From NCBI GenBank assembly GCA_033763455.1, contig JANRKO010000027.1:1-64000 (forward strand): a DNA stretch of 64,000 nt. Reading direction: 5' to 3'. Of the stretch, positions 26,582-36,440 are shown piece after piece. This stretch comes from Polyangiaceae bacterium. GTDB lineage: Bacteria > Myxococcota_A > Polyangia > Polyangiales > Polyangiaceae. The notes beneath the pieces were generated by a model. That model was not told the origin of the DNA. It did not search any database and saw only the letters and a program-made list of their open reading frames with translations. The first letter of the stretch is position 1. Each line of letters begins with the position of its first letter. Position numbers and translations under genes: made by a program.

Positions 26582-27568
26582 CTATGTTCTCGCTGCTTGA
26601 CGCTCCACAAGCGCTGCAACGAGCGCTCTAGTTTCGATGACCGTAGTCTCGGCCAGGATGGCATTCTTCGCCGCCTGGTCACAAGCCTTAGCGAGTTCCG
26701 CGTGGCTGAGCCCTGCGGCCGCTTTGCGGACAGGACCCCATCCGACCTTCTCGATGTTGAGGGAGCCCAATCGCGCGCGAATGACCTTTTGCGCAACATC
26801 GGGCGACGGTAGCGCGTAATCCACGACGGCATCGAATCGCCGAAACAGAGCGCGATCGAGCAATGATACATGGTTGGTTGCACCGATGATGAGGCTCTGG
26901 GACTCGTCCTGCTCGAGGAATTGGAGGAATGAGTTCAAGACCCGCCGGATCTCTCCGACGTCATTCTTGGAGCCGCGGTCGCCGCCCAACGCGTCAAATT
27001 CATCGAAGAAATAGGCCGCGCGCGTCGCCGCGATCGCTTCGAAAATTAAACGTAGCTTTGCCGCAGTCTCTCCCATGAATTTCGTGATGAGCCCGTCCAA
27101 CTGGATGGTGAACAGCGCGATGCCAAGTTCCCCGGCCAAGGCGGCAGCCGTCATCGTTTTGCCCGTTCCCGGAGGGCCGACCAAAAGCAGCTTCCTCGTC
27201 GGACCGAAACCATGCTCTTGCAGCCGCAACTGCTGTCGCTGCTCCAAGATGACGCGGTCGAGTTGCCCCCGCAGAGCGTCGCTTAGCACCATGTCGGCCA
27301 GTCGCGTTTTCGGATACGCAACACCTAGCAGCCCAGCGAGCTCACCCCGCGGCTGCACGACAGGAACTGGGCGGCCGACAGCCACAGGTAGCCCCGCTGG
27401 CGGTCGGTCCTTCGCCTTATCGATCAGCTCACGAAGCTCTTGAGCGAAGCGCCCATGCCCGCCCCTCGCCTCTTGCGCAGCGACCTGCATGGCAACAGCA
27501 TAGAACCGCTCATTGTCGCCGTCGGCGTGGCACTTGATGAGTGCTTTGAGTTGATCCTTCGTGGCCAC
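26582..27568 (-). CDS. ietA: AAA+ ATPase, IetA-like
   Basis: Walker A GPPGTGKT, Walker B FFDEFD, sensor-1 ATN and Arg finger ALFRRFD. The N-terminal helical region (QLKALI...QVAAQEAR.GH..A.EL) is typical of ATPases paired with S8 proteases. Confidence 0.87.
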   Translation of the reverse strand: MATKDQLKALIKCHADGDNERFYAVAMQVAAQEARGGHGRFAQELRELIDKAKDRPPAGLPVAVGRPVPVVQPRGELAGLLGVAYPKTRLADMVLSDALRGQLDRVILEQRQQLRLQEHGFGPTRKLLLVGPPGTGKTMTAAALAGELGIALFTIQLDGLITKFMGETAAKLRLIFEAIAATRAAYFFDEFDALGGDRGSKNDVGEIRRVLNSFLQFLEQDESQSLIIGATNHVSLLDRALFRRFDAVVDYALPSPDVAQKVIRARLGSLNIEKVGWGPVRKAAAGLSHAELAKACDQAAKNAILAETTVIETRALVAALVERQAART

Positions 27569-27657
27569 AGAGTTAGCTAGTCATAGCTGATGGCCGCACT
27601 GACAGGCTAGCTTTCGACGCGCTGGCCCGGTCCAAAAATGTCACACGCTCGGCCCGC

Positions 27658-30600
27658 CTAGGGGGCTAGCACCTCGACGACCTCTGCAATCACGCGAATT
27701 TCGCCTACCTTGCCAGGCGCGATCACGATGGGTGCAAACTCGGTATTGGCCGGCTGAAGAGCGATCTGCTTTCTCCCTTTTGTACCTTGTCGCTCGCGGT
27801 AGAGTTTCACTGTGTACTGGCCGCCGGTTTCGGGGTCGCTTTGGCCGCTATAGCGCACGAGAACTGGACGGTCGGGCGAGGATGGAAGCGCGACTCGGCG
27901 GAACAGGCAGTAGGCGCCATCAGGAATGGTGGGTTCCATCGAGCGCCCTCGAATGCGTGCGACGAACATGCCCTTCGCAAAGCGCGTGGAGGTATCCCAC
28001 GTGATCCACTCGACGTCGGGGTGATCGGGCTCGGCGATGTTTTCTTGCACGTCGCTCCAGGTACCGGCCGCGGCTTGGAGCTCAACAAGGGGGACACAGG
28101 CCTTGAAGCGTTCGTCCGCCTTCGGCGTGACACGCCGGAAGGGAACTACCGTGTCTTTGGCAGCGGCAGTCGGTTCGTCGAGGATATCGAGCGCAGGTAG
28201 AGCTTTCACGATATTGATGGTTTCGAGGCTGACGGTGATGATTCGAAGCAGTAGTGAGAGAGGGTAGCGCGCGTCACCGGCGGTTTCGGTGGCCCAGGCG
28301 TTCGCGTCTTTCACGATGCCGCTATCTTTGTCGGTGATGACGCTCTGGCGCTCCATGACCCACTCGATGGCGGATTTGCCGTTGACGACGTATTCGTAGG
28401 CTTCAAGCGGGACGTCGCGGACGGTGATCAGATCGTTGTAGTGAATGACGCTGCGGTCCTTGCCCTTGCCGAACTTCATCTTTTCGACGCGGTACTGCGC
28501 GCCGGTGGGCTTCGCGGGGCCTTCGATTGATGCAGTGTACTCCGGGACGCGTTCGTAGCCGACGTGCAGGTCGCCTAGGGTGCGGCCAGCGCGGCTGAAG
28601 GACCAAAAGTCAGCGACCGCCTTCATGCGCGGGATGCGCGGGAGCTCTTTGCCTAGGTTATCGGCGTAGCGTTCGCGGTATTCCGGCGAGTGAAGGATCC
28701 CGTAGACGTAGTAGAAGATGTCTTCTTTCGTGATCGCTTCCCTGGGGTAGGCACTCTTGAAGTGTTCGAGGCCTGCGTCGGTAATCGCGTCGCGCCGCGC
28801 TGTACCAGAGGGTGTCCCTTTTTGGCCGCTGAACAACGACGCCTGAGCATCATCGTCCGCGGCTGAGCTCTCACCATCATACAGATAGAGTGGGAAGAAT
28901 TGTGAGCCGACCATGTCCGCGCAGTGCAGGCTCGGTACGACGTCTGCCATGAGGACCGAGTAGCCCGAGCGGGATTCGCTAGCGGAAACACCAATCACCC
29001 GGTTCTCCACGCCGGAGCGCGGGAACAACCGCGGCATCTGGTACACCATGTCGTTCAACTTGCGGTCGAAGTAGAGCCAGTGCTTCGAGAAGGGGCGATA
29101 CAGGCTCAGTACAATGCGTCCCTTATCGAACGATAGGCGTTCGCCTTTTGCAAGCTCATTCTTGAGAGCTCGCGTCCAACTGACCTTCACTGGATCGGTG
29201 TCGATGAACCCCTCGAGCGCGGCGGAGCGCGCCTTCCGGTCTGTTCCTCGATGCTTCGCGTCGAAGCGTGCGAGCTCGGAATTGTAAAAGGTAATCATTC
29301 TGGCCATCTGTTCGCCAACGCCTCGCTTCGACGGACTGCATGCCCAAGCATCCCGGGCAGTAGCCACGCCAAGTGAAAAATTGTTAAAGATGCGCGGAGA
29401 AGCGTCCCCCTTGTCCTTGATGCCGACGGGCAGATACTGGCTGAGCCCCTCGTCGCGCTGCTTGAGCCAGTCCCCGTGTGCATCCGGTGTGATTCGTGAC
29501 CAACCCTCCTCTGCAGCGATGCCGGCGATGCTACCAAAACTCGCGACGGCTGCGAGCTTATCCTCTCGCGTCAAGTACTGGCCGACGTCGAGAAAATGGA
29601 TTCGCCCAGACTCCTTCGCGTTGGGATTCTTCACGAAGAGGGAAATCGCAACGGGGGCTCGGCTCCCGCTACCGAAAACCTTGCCGCCCTCCTGCTTGGA
29701 GCGCTCGCCAGCGGTCCGCTGGTTGCCCCGGAGGTGGAACACGTAGAGGCTGCTGAATTCCTCGGCCAGGCACCTGCGCATGCCGTCCGTGGTGCCTGCC
29801 TCGATAAAGTTCGCGTTGGTGACGAAGCCGATGATGCCTCTTGTACCAATCCTGTCGCTGGCCCAGCGAATGGCGCGCACGTAGCTGTCGTATAGAGCTT
29901 TCGAGCTGGAGGCGGCGGATCGCGTAGCATAGGTCTCCGCGATTCGCTGATCGAGCAACGGATAGGCGACGTTCTGGTTGTTGTCGTTCTGCGAGTCCTG
30001 CCCCACTGAGTAAGGCGGGTTCCCGAGAATCACGCGGATATCAAGCTGCTTCTGGCGCGTCCGACGCGCACTGTTGTCCACCAACACCCGCGATATAAGG
30101 TCGTCCTTCTCATACAGTTGGAACGTGTCGGTAAGGCAGATCCCCTCGAATGGTCGGTAAGCGTCGTCAATGATGTCATGATAGCTCGCCTCAATATTGA
30201 TTGCCGCGATGTAATAGGCCAGCAGGACGATCTCGTTCGCGTGGATCTCCTTCGCGTACTTGCGCGGGAGCTCATCCTTGGAAATGAGACCGCTCTGAAG
30301 CAGGCGCGTGATGAACGTACCCGTGCCTGCGAAAGGGTCGAGAATGTGCACCCCCTGGCTTCCGAGCGTTTGCCCAAACTCCGTTCGGAGTAGGTGGTCG
30401 ACGCTCTTCAAGATGAAGTCGACGATTTCGACTGGCGTATAGACAATGCCGAGCCGTTCCGACATCTTCGGGAAAGCGTTACGGAAGAACTTGTCGTAGA
30501 GTTCAACGACGATCTTCTGTTTACCTGCGGCGCTGTCAATGCCCTCAGCGCGCAGCTTGACTGACTCGTAGAACGCCTCAAGTGTGCTCGCCTCTTTCTC

Positions 30601-33102
30601 AAGATGATGCTCATGGAGTGCATCGAGCACACTCTGCATCGCACGAGACATCGCGTTTTCGGTCGCGAAGCTGTGTCCGGAGAAGAGGGCCTCGAACACG
30701 GGTTTGGTCACGAGGTGCTGGGCCAGCATCTCGATGATCTCATCGCGCGTTATGCTGTCGTTCAGGTCGTCGCGCAGCTCGTCGGCGAAGCGCTCGAAGG
30801 CCTCACGTTCACGCGTGTTGGCTTCATTCTCAAGAATCCCAGTGATGCGGTCCACGTGAGTGCGGGCGATCTTGGCGATGTCCTTTGCCCAGTCCTCCCA
30901 GTGATGGCGGTTACCGACCTTTTGCACGAGCTTGGCGTAGATGGCGCGCTCGATCTCGCCAATCTCGAATTCGAGCTCGCGCTGCTCTGCCTTGACGGCT
31001 CGTTCCGGTGCCGAACCAATTGCACTGCCGCCCTTCGCAGCTTTCTTGGCGACGGCTTTCTGGCCGTCACCCTTCTTCCTGCGAGAGGGTTTCGCAATAT
31101 TGTCCGTGATCGCGATGACCTCCATCTTCGCGGGGTCCTTCCCGGTGAGGTCGAGCTTGTTGATCATCGCATCGAAGCGATCATCGTGTGAACGGAGTGC
31201 CTGTAGGACCTGCCAAACTATTTTGTAGGTCTCGTTGTCGTTCAGCGCCTCGTGCGGTTCGACGCCGGCTGGGATAACGACAGGCAGGACGATGTAACCG
31301 CGCTTCTTGCCAGGGGCATTACGCATTACGCGCCCAACCGACTGCACCACGTCTACCTGCGAAGTACGCGGCGTCAGAAAGAGGACGGCGTCGAGAGCCG
31401 GAACGTCGACGCCCTCAGAAAGACAGCGAACGTTGCTGAGAATGCGGCAGGTGTTCTCCGCCGTCGCCGCCTTCAGCCAAGCAATCTTCTCCTCCTTTTG
31501 TGTGGCGTTCATGCTGCCATCAACGTGTGCGGCTTCGCAGTGAAGGCGGGTCGCATCGTTGTCGCTTGCTGGCTCGGTTTCTTGGTAGGCCTCGACCACG
31601 GCCTGGAACATTTCAGCGATATGCTTCGAGCTTACCTTGTGAACCTTGGCATTCTTCTGACGCTCAATGACCTGGCAAAATGCAACCGCTCGTCTCATGG
31701 GGGTGTCGTCGCCCGTGAGCTGTTCCGAGAGGCCTTGCTTGGCCAGCGCCTTCCAGCAGCCGACGATCTTGGCGGCATCGTCGACGCGCAGCTGGTTGTT
31801 CTGGTCTTTTAGTAGGTTTTGAATACGGCGGCTGACGTGCGACTCTTCGACGGACAGCACGATGACCTTGTAGTCCACGAGCAACCCGCGCTTGACCGCC
31901 TCTGAGAACGTGAGCGTGTATAGATTCCGGCCGTACAAGGCTTCGTCGTCCATCGAACAGAGTGCGACGTTATCTCGCTCGGCAGTGGCCTTGGCCGTGT
32001 CCCCATAGATTCTGGGCGTTGCGGTCATGTAGAGGCGCTTCGCGCCTCGCACGTAACTGGCCTCGTGGATTTTGATGAAGTGGCTCTCCTCCTCCCCTTC
32101 GAAGTTGGCGCCAGTCGTGCGATGTGCTTCGTCGCAAATGATCAAATCAAATTCAGGCAGGTCGTGTTTCTGCTGCGCCTCGTGAACCACACTGATCGAG
32201 TGGTAGGTCGCAAAGACAACGCTCATATGCCCGGCGTCATCACCCCTGTGCATCTCGGCTGCAAGATGCGCGGCATTCGTAGTTGCCGGGTAATGAAGCT
32301 CGTGTGTGAAGGTCTGAACGGTGTCGTCGTCCTTTTTCCGCTGTTTGCCGACATCGCTATCAGAGCAAACGGCATAGCTGCGGAGGCGTAGCGCGCTCTC
32401 CTGAGTCCATTCGCTGAGGGATTGCGAAAGAAGAGCGAGGCTGGGGACCAGAAAAAGTACCCGCTTGCCGTTTCCTGCGATTCTTTCAGCAATTTTGAGG
32501 CTCGTGAAGGTCTTCCCGGTCCCGCAAGCCATGATGAGCTTGCCGCGGTCATGGCTCTGAAGGCCAGCGACGACCAAGTTGAGCGCGGTGCTTTGGTGAG
32601 GCCGGGGTGACTTCTTTTGCTGAAGAACCGGCGGCTTGCTGGGGGCGAAACGCGACCAATCAATGACGCTGTTTTCGAGCGCGATCAGATCGATCTTCGT
32701 TACAGGAATGTGCTGATTGCGGAGCGCCTCCTCAGCGTGCTCCGACCACAGGCTCGTCGTGCTGACGATGATGCGATGCGTGAACGGCTTCTTGCCCGAA
32801 GCCGTGAAGAAGCTGTCGATGTCCGACTTCTGCATGCGGTAGTCGGACGCATAGAGCTTGCACTGAATGGCGTGGGCGTCACCCGTAACCGTTTCGGCAA
32901 CCAGGTCGATGCCCGTGTCGCGCTTGTCGAGCCCGTGTCGTTCTGCCCACTCGGCGTACGGCAGGACCTCCCGGTAGAGCTCGCGGTATACGGGCTCGTT
33001 CTTGAGGTAGCAGATCGTGAGCTCCTCGAAATAGGTGCCCTGCTCGCGGTGCGTCGCAGCGGCGGCTCGGTAGCGGTCGAGAAGGGGCAGAAGGGCGGAC
33101 AC
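27658..33102 (-). CDS. Type ISP restriction-modification enzyme (Mrr-like nuclease, SF2 helicase, N6-adenine MTase, TRD) fused to a C-terminal LexA-like S24 peptidase domain
   Basis: Nuclease GIDLVA...IQCK; helicase MACGTGKT, DEAH, TATP, QSVGRVMR; MTase LDPFAGTG and GNPPY; LlaGI/LlaBIII-like C-terminus (YVVNGKSAIEWVMER). It then continues into VPL...AAAG, GRSMEP and YTVK. Start set at GTG 33102. Confidence 0.92.
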   Translation of the reverse strand: MSALLPLLDRYRAAAATHREQGTYFEELTICYLKNEPVYRELYREVLPYAEWAERHGLDKRDTGIDLVAETVTGDAHAIQCKLYASDYRMQKSDIDSFFTASGKKPFTHRIIVSTTSLWSEHAEEALRNQHIPVTKIDLIALENSVIDWSRFAPSKPPVLQQKKSPRPHQSTALNLVVAGLQSHDRGKLIMACGTGKTFTSLKIAERIAGNGKRVLFLVPSLALLSQSLSEWTQESALRLRSYAVCSDSDVGKQRKKDDDTVQTFTHELHYPATTNAAHLAAEMHRGDDAGHMSVVFATYHSISVVHEAQQKHDLPEFDLIICDEAHRTTGANFEGEEESHFIKIHEASYVRGAKRLYMTATPRIYGDTAKATAERDNVALCSMDDEALYGRNLYTLTFSEAVKRGLLVDYKVIVLSVEESHVSRRIQNLLKDQNNQLRVDDAAKIVGCWKALAKQGLSEQLTGDDTPMRRAVAFCQVIERQKNAKVHKVSSKHIAEMFQAVVEAYQETEPASDNDATRLHCEAAHVDGSMNATQKEEKIAWLKAATAENTCRILSNVRCLSEGVDVPALDAVLFLTPRTSQVDVVQSVGRVMRNAPGKKRGYIVLPVVIPAGVEPHEALNDNETYKIVWQVLQALRSHDDRFDAMINKLDLTGKDPAKMEVIAITDNIAKPSRRKKGDGQKAVAKKAAKGGSAIGSAPERAVKAEQRELEFEIGEIERAIYAKLVQKVGNRHHWEDWAKDIAKIARTHVDRITGILENEANTREREAFERFADELRDDLNDSITRDEIIEMLAQHLVTKPVFEALFSGHSFATENAMSRAMQSVLDALHEHHLEKEASTLEAFYESVKLRAEGIDSAAGKQKIVVELYDKFFRNAFPKMSERLGIVYTPVEIVDFILKSVDHLLRTEFGQTLGSQGVHILDPFAGTGTFITRLLQSGLISKDELPRKYAKEIHANEIVLLAYYIAAINIEASYHDIIDDAYRPFEGICLTDTFQLYEKDDLISRVLVDNSARRTRQKQLDIRVILGNPPYSVGQDSQNDNNQNVAYPLLDQRIAETYATRSAASSSKALYDSYVRAIRWASDRIGTRGIIGFVTNANFIEAGTTDGMRRCLAEEFSSLYVFHLRGNQRTAGERSKQEGGKVFGSGSRAPVAISLFVKNPNAKESGRIHFLDVGQYLTREDKLAAVASFGSIAGIAAEEGWSRITPDAHGDWLKQRDEGLSQYLPVGIKDKGDASPRIFNNFSLGVATARDAWACSPSKRGVGEQMARMITFYNSELARFDAKHRGTDRKARSAALEGFIDTDPVKVSWTRALKNELAKGERLSFDKGRIVLSLYRPFSKHWLYFDRKLNDMVYQMPRLFPRSGVENRVIGVSASESRSGYSVLMADVVPSLHCADMVGSQFFPLYLYDGESSAADDDAQASLFSGQKGTPSGTARRDAITDAGLEHFKSAYPREAITKEDIFYYVYGILHSPEYRERYADNLGKELPRIPRMKAVADFWSFSRAGRTLGDLHVGYERVPEYTASIEGPAKPTGAQYRVEKMKFGKGKDRSVIHYNDLITVRDVPLEAYEYVVNGKSAIEWVMERQSVITDKDSGIVKDANAWATETAGDARYPLSLLLRIITVSLETINIVKALPALDILDEPTAAAKDTVVPFRRVTPKADERFKACVPLVELQAAAGTWSDVQENIAEPDHPDVEWITWDTSTRFAKGMFVARIRGRSMEPTIPDGAYCLFRRVALPSSPDRPVLVRYSGQSDPETGGQYTVKLYRERQGTKGRKQIALQPANTEFAPIVIAPGKVGEIRVIAEVVEVLAP

Positions 33103-33358
33103 AAGCCTTCTTCGCACGGCGGCCGCTATCACCGCAAGATGGTTCGCTCGTGGGGTCCCCGGCATCAGAAGCGCGGTTTCGCCGTAAGCGGCGCCTCATG
33201 GTCTCGTTATGCTCCAGCGCTGGCGAATATGGAAGCGGTTGCATCTTCAGGTTTCCTGTACGGCATTGACACGGACGTGGGTCCCGCCAGCAAGAACCGA
33301 TATTCAGCTGAGTCAGTGCAACACAGGGCGTATATTCGCCTCACTTCCGGGGAGGAAC

Positions 33359-33388
33359 GCGGACTCGTGGAGGCCGCCACGAGTCCGC
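33359..33388 (-). terminator. Perfect 12-bp stem-loop after the hflKC-PDZ gene string
   Basis: gcggactcgtgg-aggccg-ccacgagtccgc, 3 nt after the stop at 33392; only a weak U-tail. Confidence 0.55.
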
Positions 33389-33391
33389 AGC

Positions 33392-34015
33392 TTAGTCGCG
33401 CTGCAAGTACGGCTGCTCTACCGACACCCCGTACGGTTTCCCTCCCCGCCAAAAGATGCCAAAGATCGCTGGGACCTGCCGCCCCCTGAGGGCGAGCACC
33501 AGCCCCACAACATCCCCTGCCGTTCGCACATGTTGCCCCGCAACGTGCGTCAGGACATCGCCATCTTGAACGGGAAGGCCCAGCCCATTCGTTGCAGAAA
33601 GAGCAATACCAGAAGGCCGATTCCCTTTTGCTCTCACAGGATAACCGCTCGGGCGCCGACCGGCGTTTGCGATGGCCAAGACCTTGGCCGAGGATACCAC
33701 GAAGGTCGCTTCAAGCTTCGTCGGGGGAGCTTCCGAACTTCGCGCACGCCCCCGTACCGTCTTGGCTCGCATGGCACCGGCCACGAAGTCACCTCTCAGG
33801 TCTTGCTCGCCTCCACGCAGGCGAACGACTTCTCCTTCATCCGCATCATCCGCATCGCCTGTGTCGCTCGAGGAAAGTGAGCGGAGATCGCGCACCGCAA
33901 ATCCCGCAGCAATGCCCACTTCCGCGCCGATGCCCACAGCCACCCGCGAAGCCCACCAGAATCCCGTAAGGCAGCTCAGAAGGACGATGACAGAGAGGCG
34001 TGCAAACAGGGCCAC
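33392..34015 (-). CDS. Membrane-anchored protein with C-terminal PDZ-like domain
   Basis: Hydrophobic N-terminus, acidic linker and GLPVQDGDVLTHVAGQHV, a PDZ-type GDxI/L motif; 18 bp after hflC. Confidence 0.6.
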   Translation of the reverse strand: MALFARLSVIVLLSCLTGFWWASRVAVGIGAEVGIAAGFAVRDLRSLSSSDTGDADDADEGEVVRLRGGEQDLRGDFVAGAMRAKTVRGRARSSEAPPTKLEATFVVSSAKVLAIANAGRRPSGYPVRAKGNRPSGIALSATNGLGLPVQDGDVLTHVAGQHVRTAGDVVGLVLALRGRQVPAIFGIFWRGGKPYGVSVEQPYLQRD

Positions 34016-34033
34016 CGCTGCCCAGTGTACACG

Positions 34034-34888
34034 CTATTTCTGCTGCTGATTGAAATACCGGAAAAGATCGGAGCCCGTGGAGAGCACGAGGTTCGTGTCC
34101 GCCCCGATTGCCTTTTCGTAGGTTTCGAGGCTGCGCATGAAGGCGTAAAATTCGGGGTCCGCGTTGAAGGCATTGGCGTAGATGCTGATACTTTCGGCGT
34201 CACCGTCGCCGCGCAGGCGCTGGGAGGCTTCGTAGGCTTCAGCCAAGAGAATCGTTTTTTCTTTGTCGGTGTCAGCACGCACCTTCGCGGCTTCTTCGGC
34301 ACCCTCCGAGCGGTAGCGTTTGGCTACGCGATCACGCTCGGCCCGCATGCGCTGAAACACACTTTCCTGAACCTCTTTCGGGAGATCGGCACGCTTGATG
34401 CGAATGTCGACCACGTGGATGCCAAAGTCGTCGATTTTCTTACGCGCCTCTTGGGTAACCCTCAGCATCAAAGGGTCACGGGCATTGCCAATAATCTCTC
34501 CGAAATTCCTCCCTGCAAGCTCTCGCCGCATTTCGCTGTTCACGATGGCGTCAATCCGAGTCTTTGCCGCTACCTCGTCGTTCACCCGCTGATAAAATAC
34601 CAACGGATCGACGATTTTCCAGCGGGTTACGGGGTCGGCCACGAGCCGCTTTTTGTCGAGTGTGAGATATGCATCGGCCGCCGCATCGCTACTCAGAATG
34701 CGGCTCTCCATTTTCTGCACCGTTTCATACGGAAGCTTGAACTGCGGGCCCGGCTGCGACGCGCTACGCTTCCACTCACCGAACTGCAACACGATAGCGA
34801 GCTCACGCTCATCGACTATAAAAAAGCTCGACCAGCCTAAGTAAAGGAGCACAGCGCCTAGCGCTATCGCGATCGATTTTCTGTTCAT
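34034..34888 (-). CDS. hflC: FtsH protease modulator HflC
   Basis: N-terminal TM, SPFH domain, TLDKKRL, RIKRADLP, RMRAER and DPEFYAFMRSLETY. Confidence 0.95.
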   Translation of the reverse strand: MNRKSIAIALGAVLLYLGWSSFFIVDERELAIVLQFGEWKRSASQPGPQFKLPYETVQKMESRILSSDAAADAYLTLDKKRLVADPVTRWKIVDPLVFYQRVNDEVAAKTRIDAIVNSEMRRELAGRNFGEIIGNARDPLMLRVTQEARKKIDDFGIHVVDIRIKRADLPKEVQESVFQRMRAERDRVAKRYRSEGAEEAAKVRADTDKEKTILLAEAYEASQRLRGDGDAESISIYANAFNADPEFYAFMRSLETYEKAIGADTNLVLSTGSDLFRYFNQQQK

Positions 34889-35886
34889 TTGGCACCTCCA
34901 GAAACGGCAGCCGCGCCCTGAGCATTCAGCGGCAAGAGCGGTAAGGTTGATTTTCCAAGATCTCTATCTACCACCGTCTTGGTCTTAAGCCGAGTGAGCA
35001 CCCGTTCCATCGTTTCCAAGTACATGCGCTGGCGGGTCACCTTTTCTGCCTTGGAATACTCGGCCAAAGTTGCTGTGAACTTGGCGGCGTCACCCTTGGC
35101 TCGGAGTACGCGTTCCTGCTTGTAGCCCTCGGCCTCCCGCTCGATCTGGCGAGCTTCACCGCGAGCCTTCGGGATCAGATCTTCCTGATAGCCACGGGCC
35201 TGATTGATAAGCTTCTCCTTCTCTTCCCGAGCGCGCACCACATCATGAAAGGCGTCTTTCACCTCATCCGGGGCATCCACCGCCTGCAGCTTAATCTCCG
35301 TGATGTGAATTCCGCTTTGGTATTGATCCATCAGCTTCTGCATCAGGAACTGAGTTTCGCGCTGCACCTCTTCTCGACCCGTGGTGATCACTTCATCAAT
35401 GCTGGTTCTTCCAACCATGCTGCGGAGTGAAACCTCAGCCGTGGAGCGCAACGTTCCCTCCGCATCATCCAACCTAAAGAGGTAGAGGCTAGGATCTTTA
35501 ATCTTAAACTGGATAATCATTTGTGCTTCCACAATATTTTCATCTCCAGTTAACATCAAAGCTTCACCTTGAATCCGCTCCTCCCCCCGAAAGCCCACCT
35601 CCACCTGCTGGATCTTCTCAACGTTCACCTTGTCGTACCGCTGCACGAAGGGGAAAACGAAGTGGAGCCCAGGCCCTCGCTTGCCAGATTCACGCCCCAG
35701 CGTTCGGATTACCGCTTGTTCGCCCGGAGCCACGGTGAATGTACCCAACCAACTCACAAGCCCCACCCCTCCAAGAAGGAACAACCACTTAAGCTTGCCG
35801 AGGCTCTGACGAAACATCTCTGTCGCTTGCAGCACGGCATCGGCAGGATCATGTCGAGGATCTTCTTCATCAAATTGGTTGCGCAT
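34885..35886 (-). CDS. hflK: FtsH protease modulator HflK
   Basis: MLTGDENIV, P.EVKDAFHDV, IPKARGEA and VTRQRMYLETME; 4-nt overlap with hflC. Confidence 0.95.
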   Translation of the reverse strand: MRNQFDEEDPRHDPADAVLQATEMFRQSLGKLKWLFLLGGVGLVSWLGTFTVAPGEQAVIRTLGRESGKRGPGLHFVFPFVQRYDKVNVEKIQQVEVGFRGEERIQGEALMLTGDENIVEAQMIIQFKIKDPSLYLFRLDDAEGTLRSTAEVSLRSMVGRTSIDEVITTGREEVQRETQFLMQKLMDQYQSGIHITEIKLQAVDAPDEVKDAFHDVVRAREEKEKLINQARGYQEDLIPKARGEARQIEREAEGYKQERVLRAKGDAAKFTATLAEYSKAEKVTRQRMYLETMERVLTRLKTKTVVDRDLGKSTLPLLPLNAQGAAAVSGGAK

Positions 35887-35908
35887 GTATTTCCTTCGTG
35901 GTGCTGGC

Positions 35909-36373
35909 TTACTGGCGAACGCGCCAGTTGCCTAGGTAGGTCTGGCCGACATTGCCGCAAGTGGGATCCGTCACGATCAATTCGGGGCGGCCGTCCCGAC
36001 AGTAGAGGATCGTGTTTTGCCGGAAAGCCTGGCCATAAAGCATGGCCTCTTCACGGGGGATGCCGTGTGCTAGCCACGCGGGCTCCCGCCACACCCCTTC
36101 TGGCTCCTCTTCGTAGCCCACACATTGCTCCACGCGATAACAGCCGAGCACCAGAAGATCCCTCAAGACTTGCTGCCGGCCTTCGTTAACACGCCGCGGA
36201 AGCAACATGCTGCGCGGATTGTACGCGGTGAGAATCGCGAAATTCTCACGCAAAAGTGGGGGCAAGGTTTGCGGGTCTTTGGATTCCCCTTCGAGGGAAA
36301 CACGTAGGATGCCGCCTTCACTCGGCAACTCATACACGGTGCTGAAATAAGAGCGCAGTAGGTTCTGGTCCAC
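35909..36373 (-). CDS. DUF3293 family protein
   Basis: Pattern FAILTAYNPRS...N...Q..L...W.EP.W...A...G..F.QN.I. Confidence 0.75.
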   Translation of the reverse strand: MDQNLLRSYFSTVYELPSEGGILRVSLEGESKDPQTLPPLLRENFAILTAYNPRSMLLPRRVNEGRQQVLRDLLVLGCYRVEQCVGYEEEPEGVWREPAWLAHGIPREEAMLYGQAFRQNTILYCRDGRPELIVTDPTCGNVGQTYLGNWRVRQ

Positions 36374-36440
36374 GGTGGGCCGAGCCTAGCATCGCTTTCC
36401 CTAATGTTAAGCCCAGAGATCCCAGGCATTCGCTCGCGTT

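Noticed and set aside
23880..33390. att sites, integrase or SOS box for the defence cassette
   Set aside because: No recombinase ORF, only weak similarity between the ends (ggcgcc...ctcatgg), and no convincing LexA box by eye.
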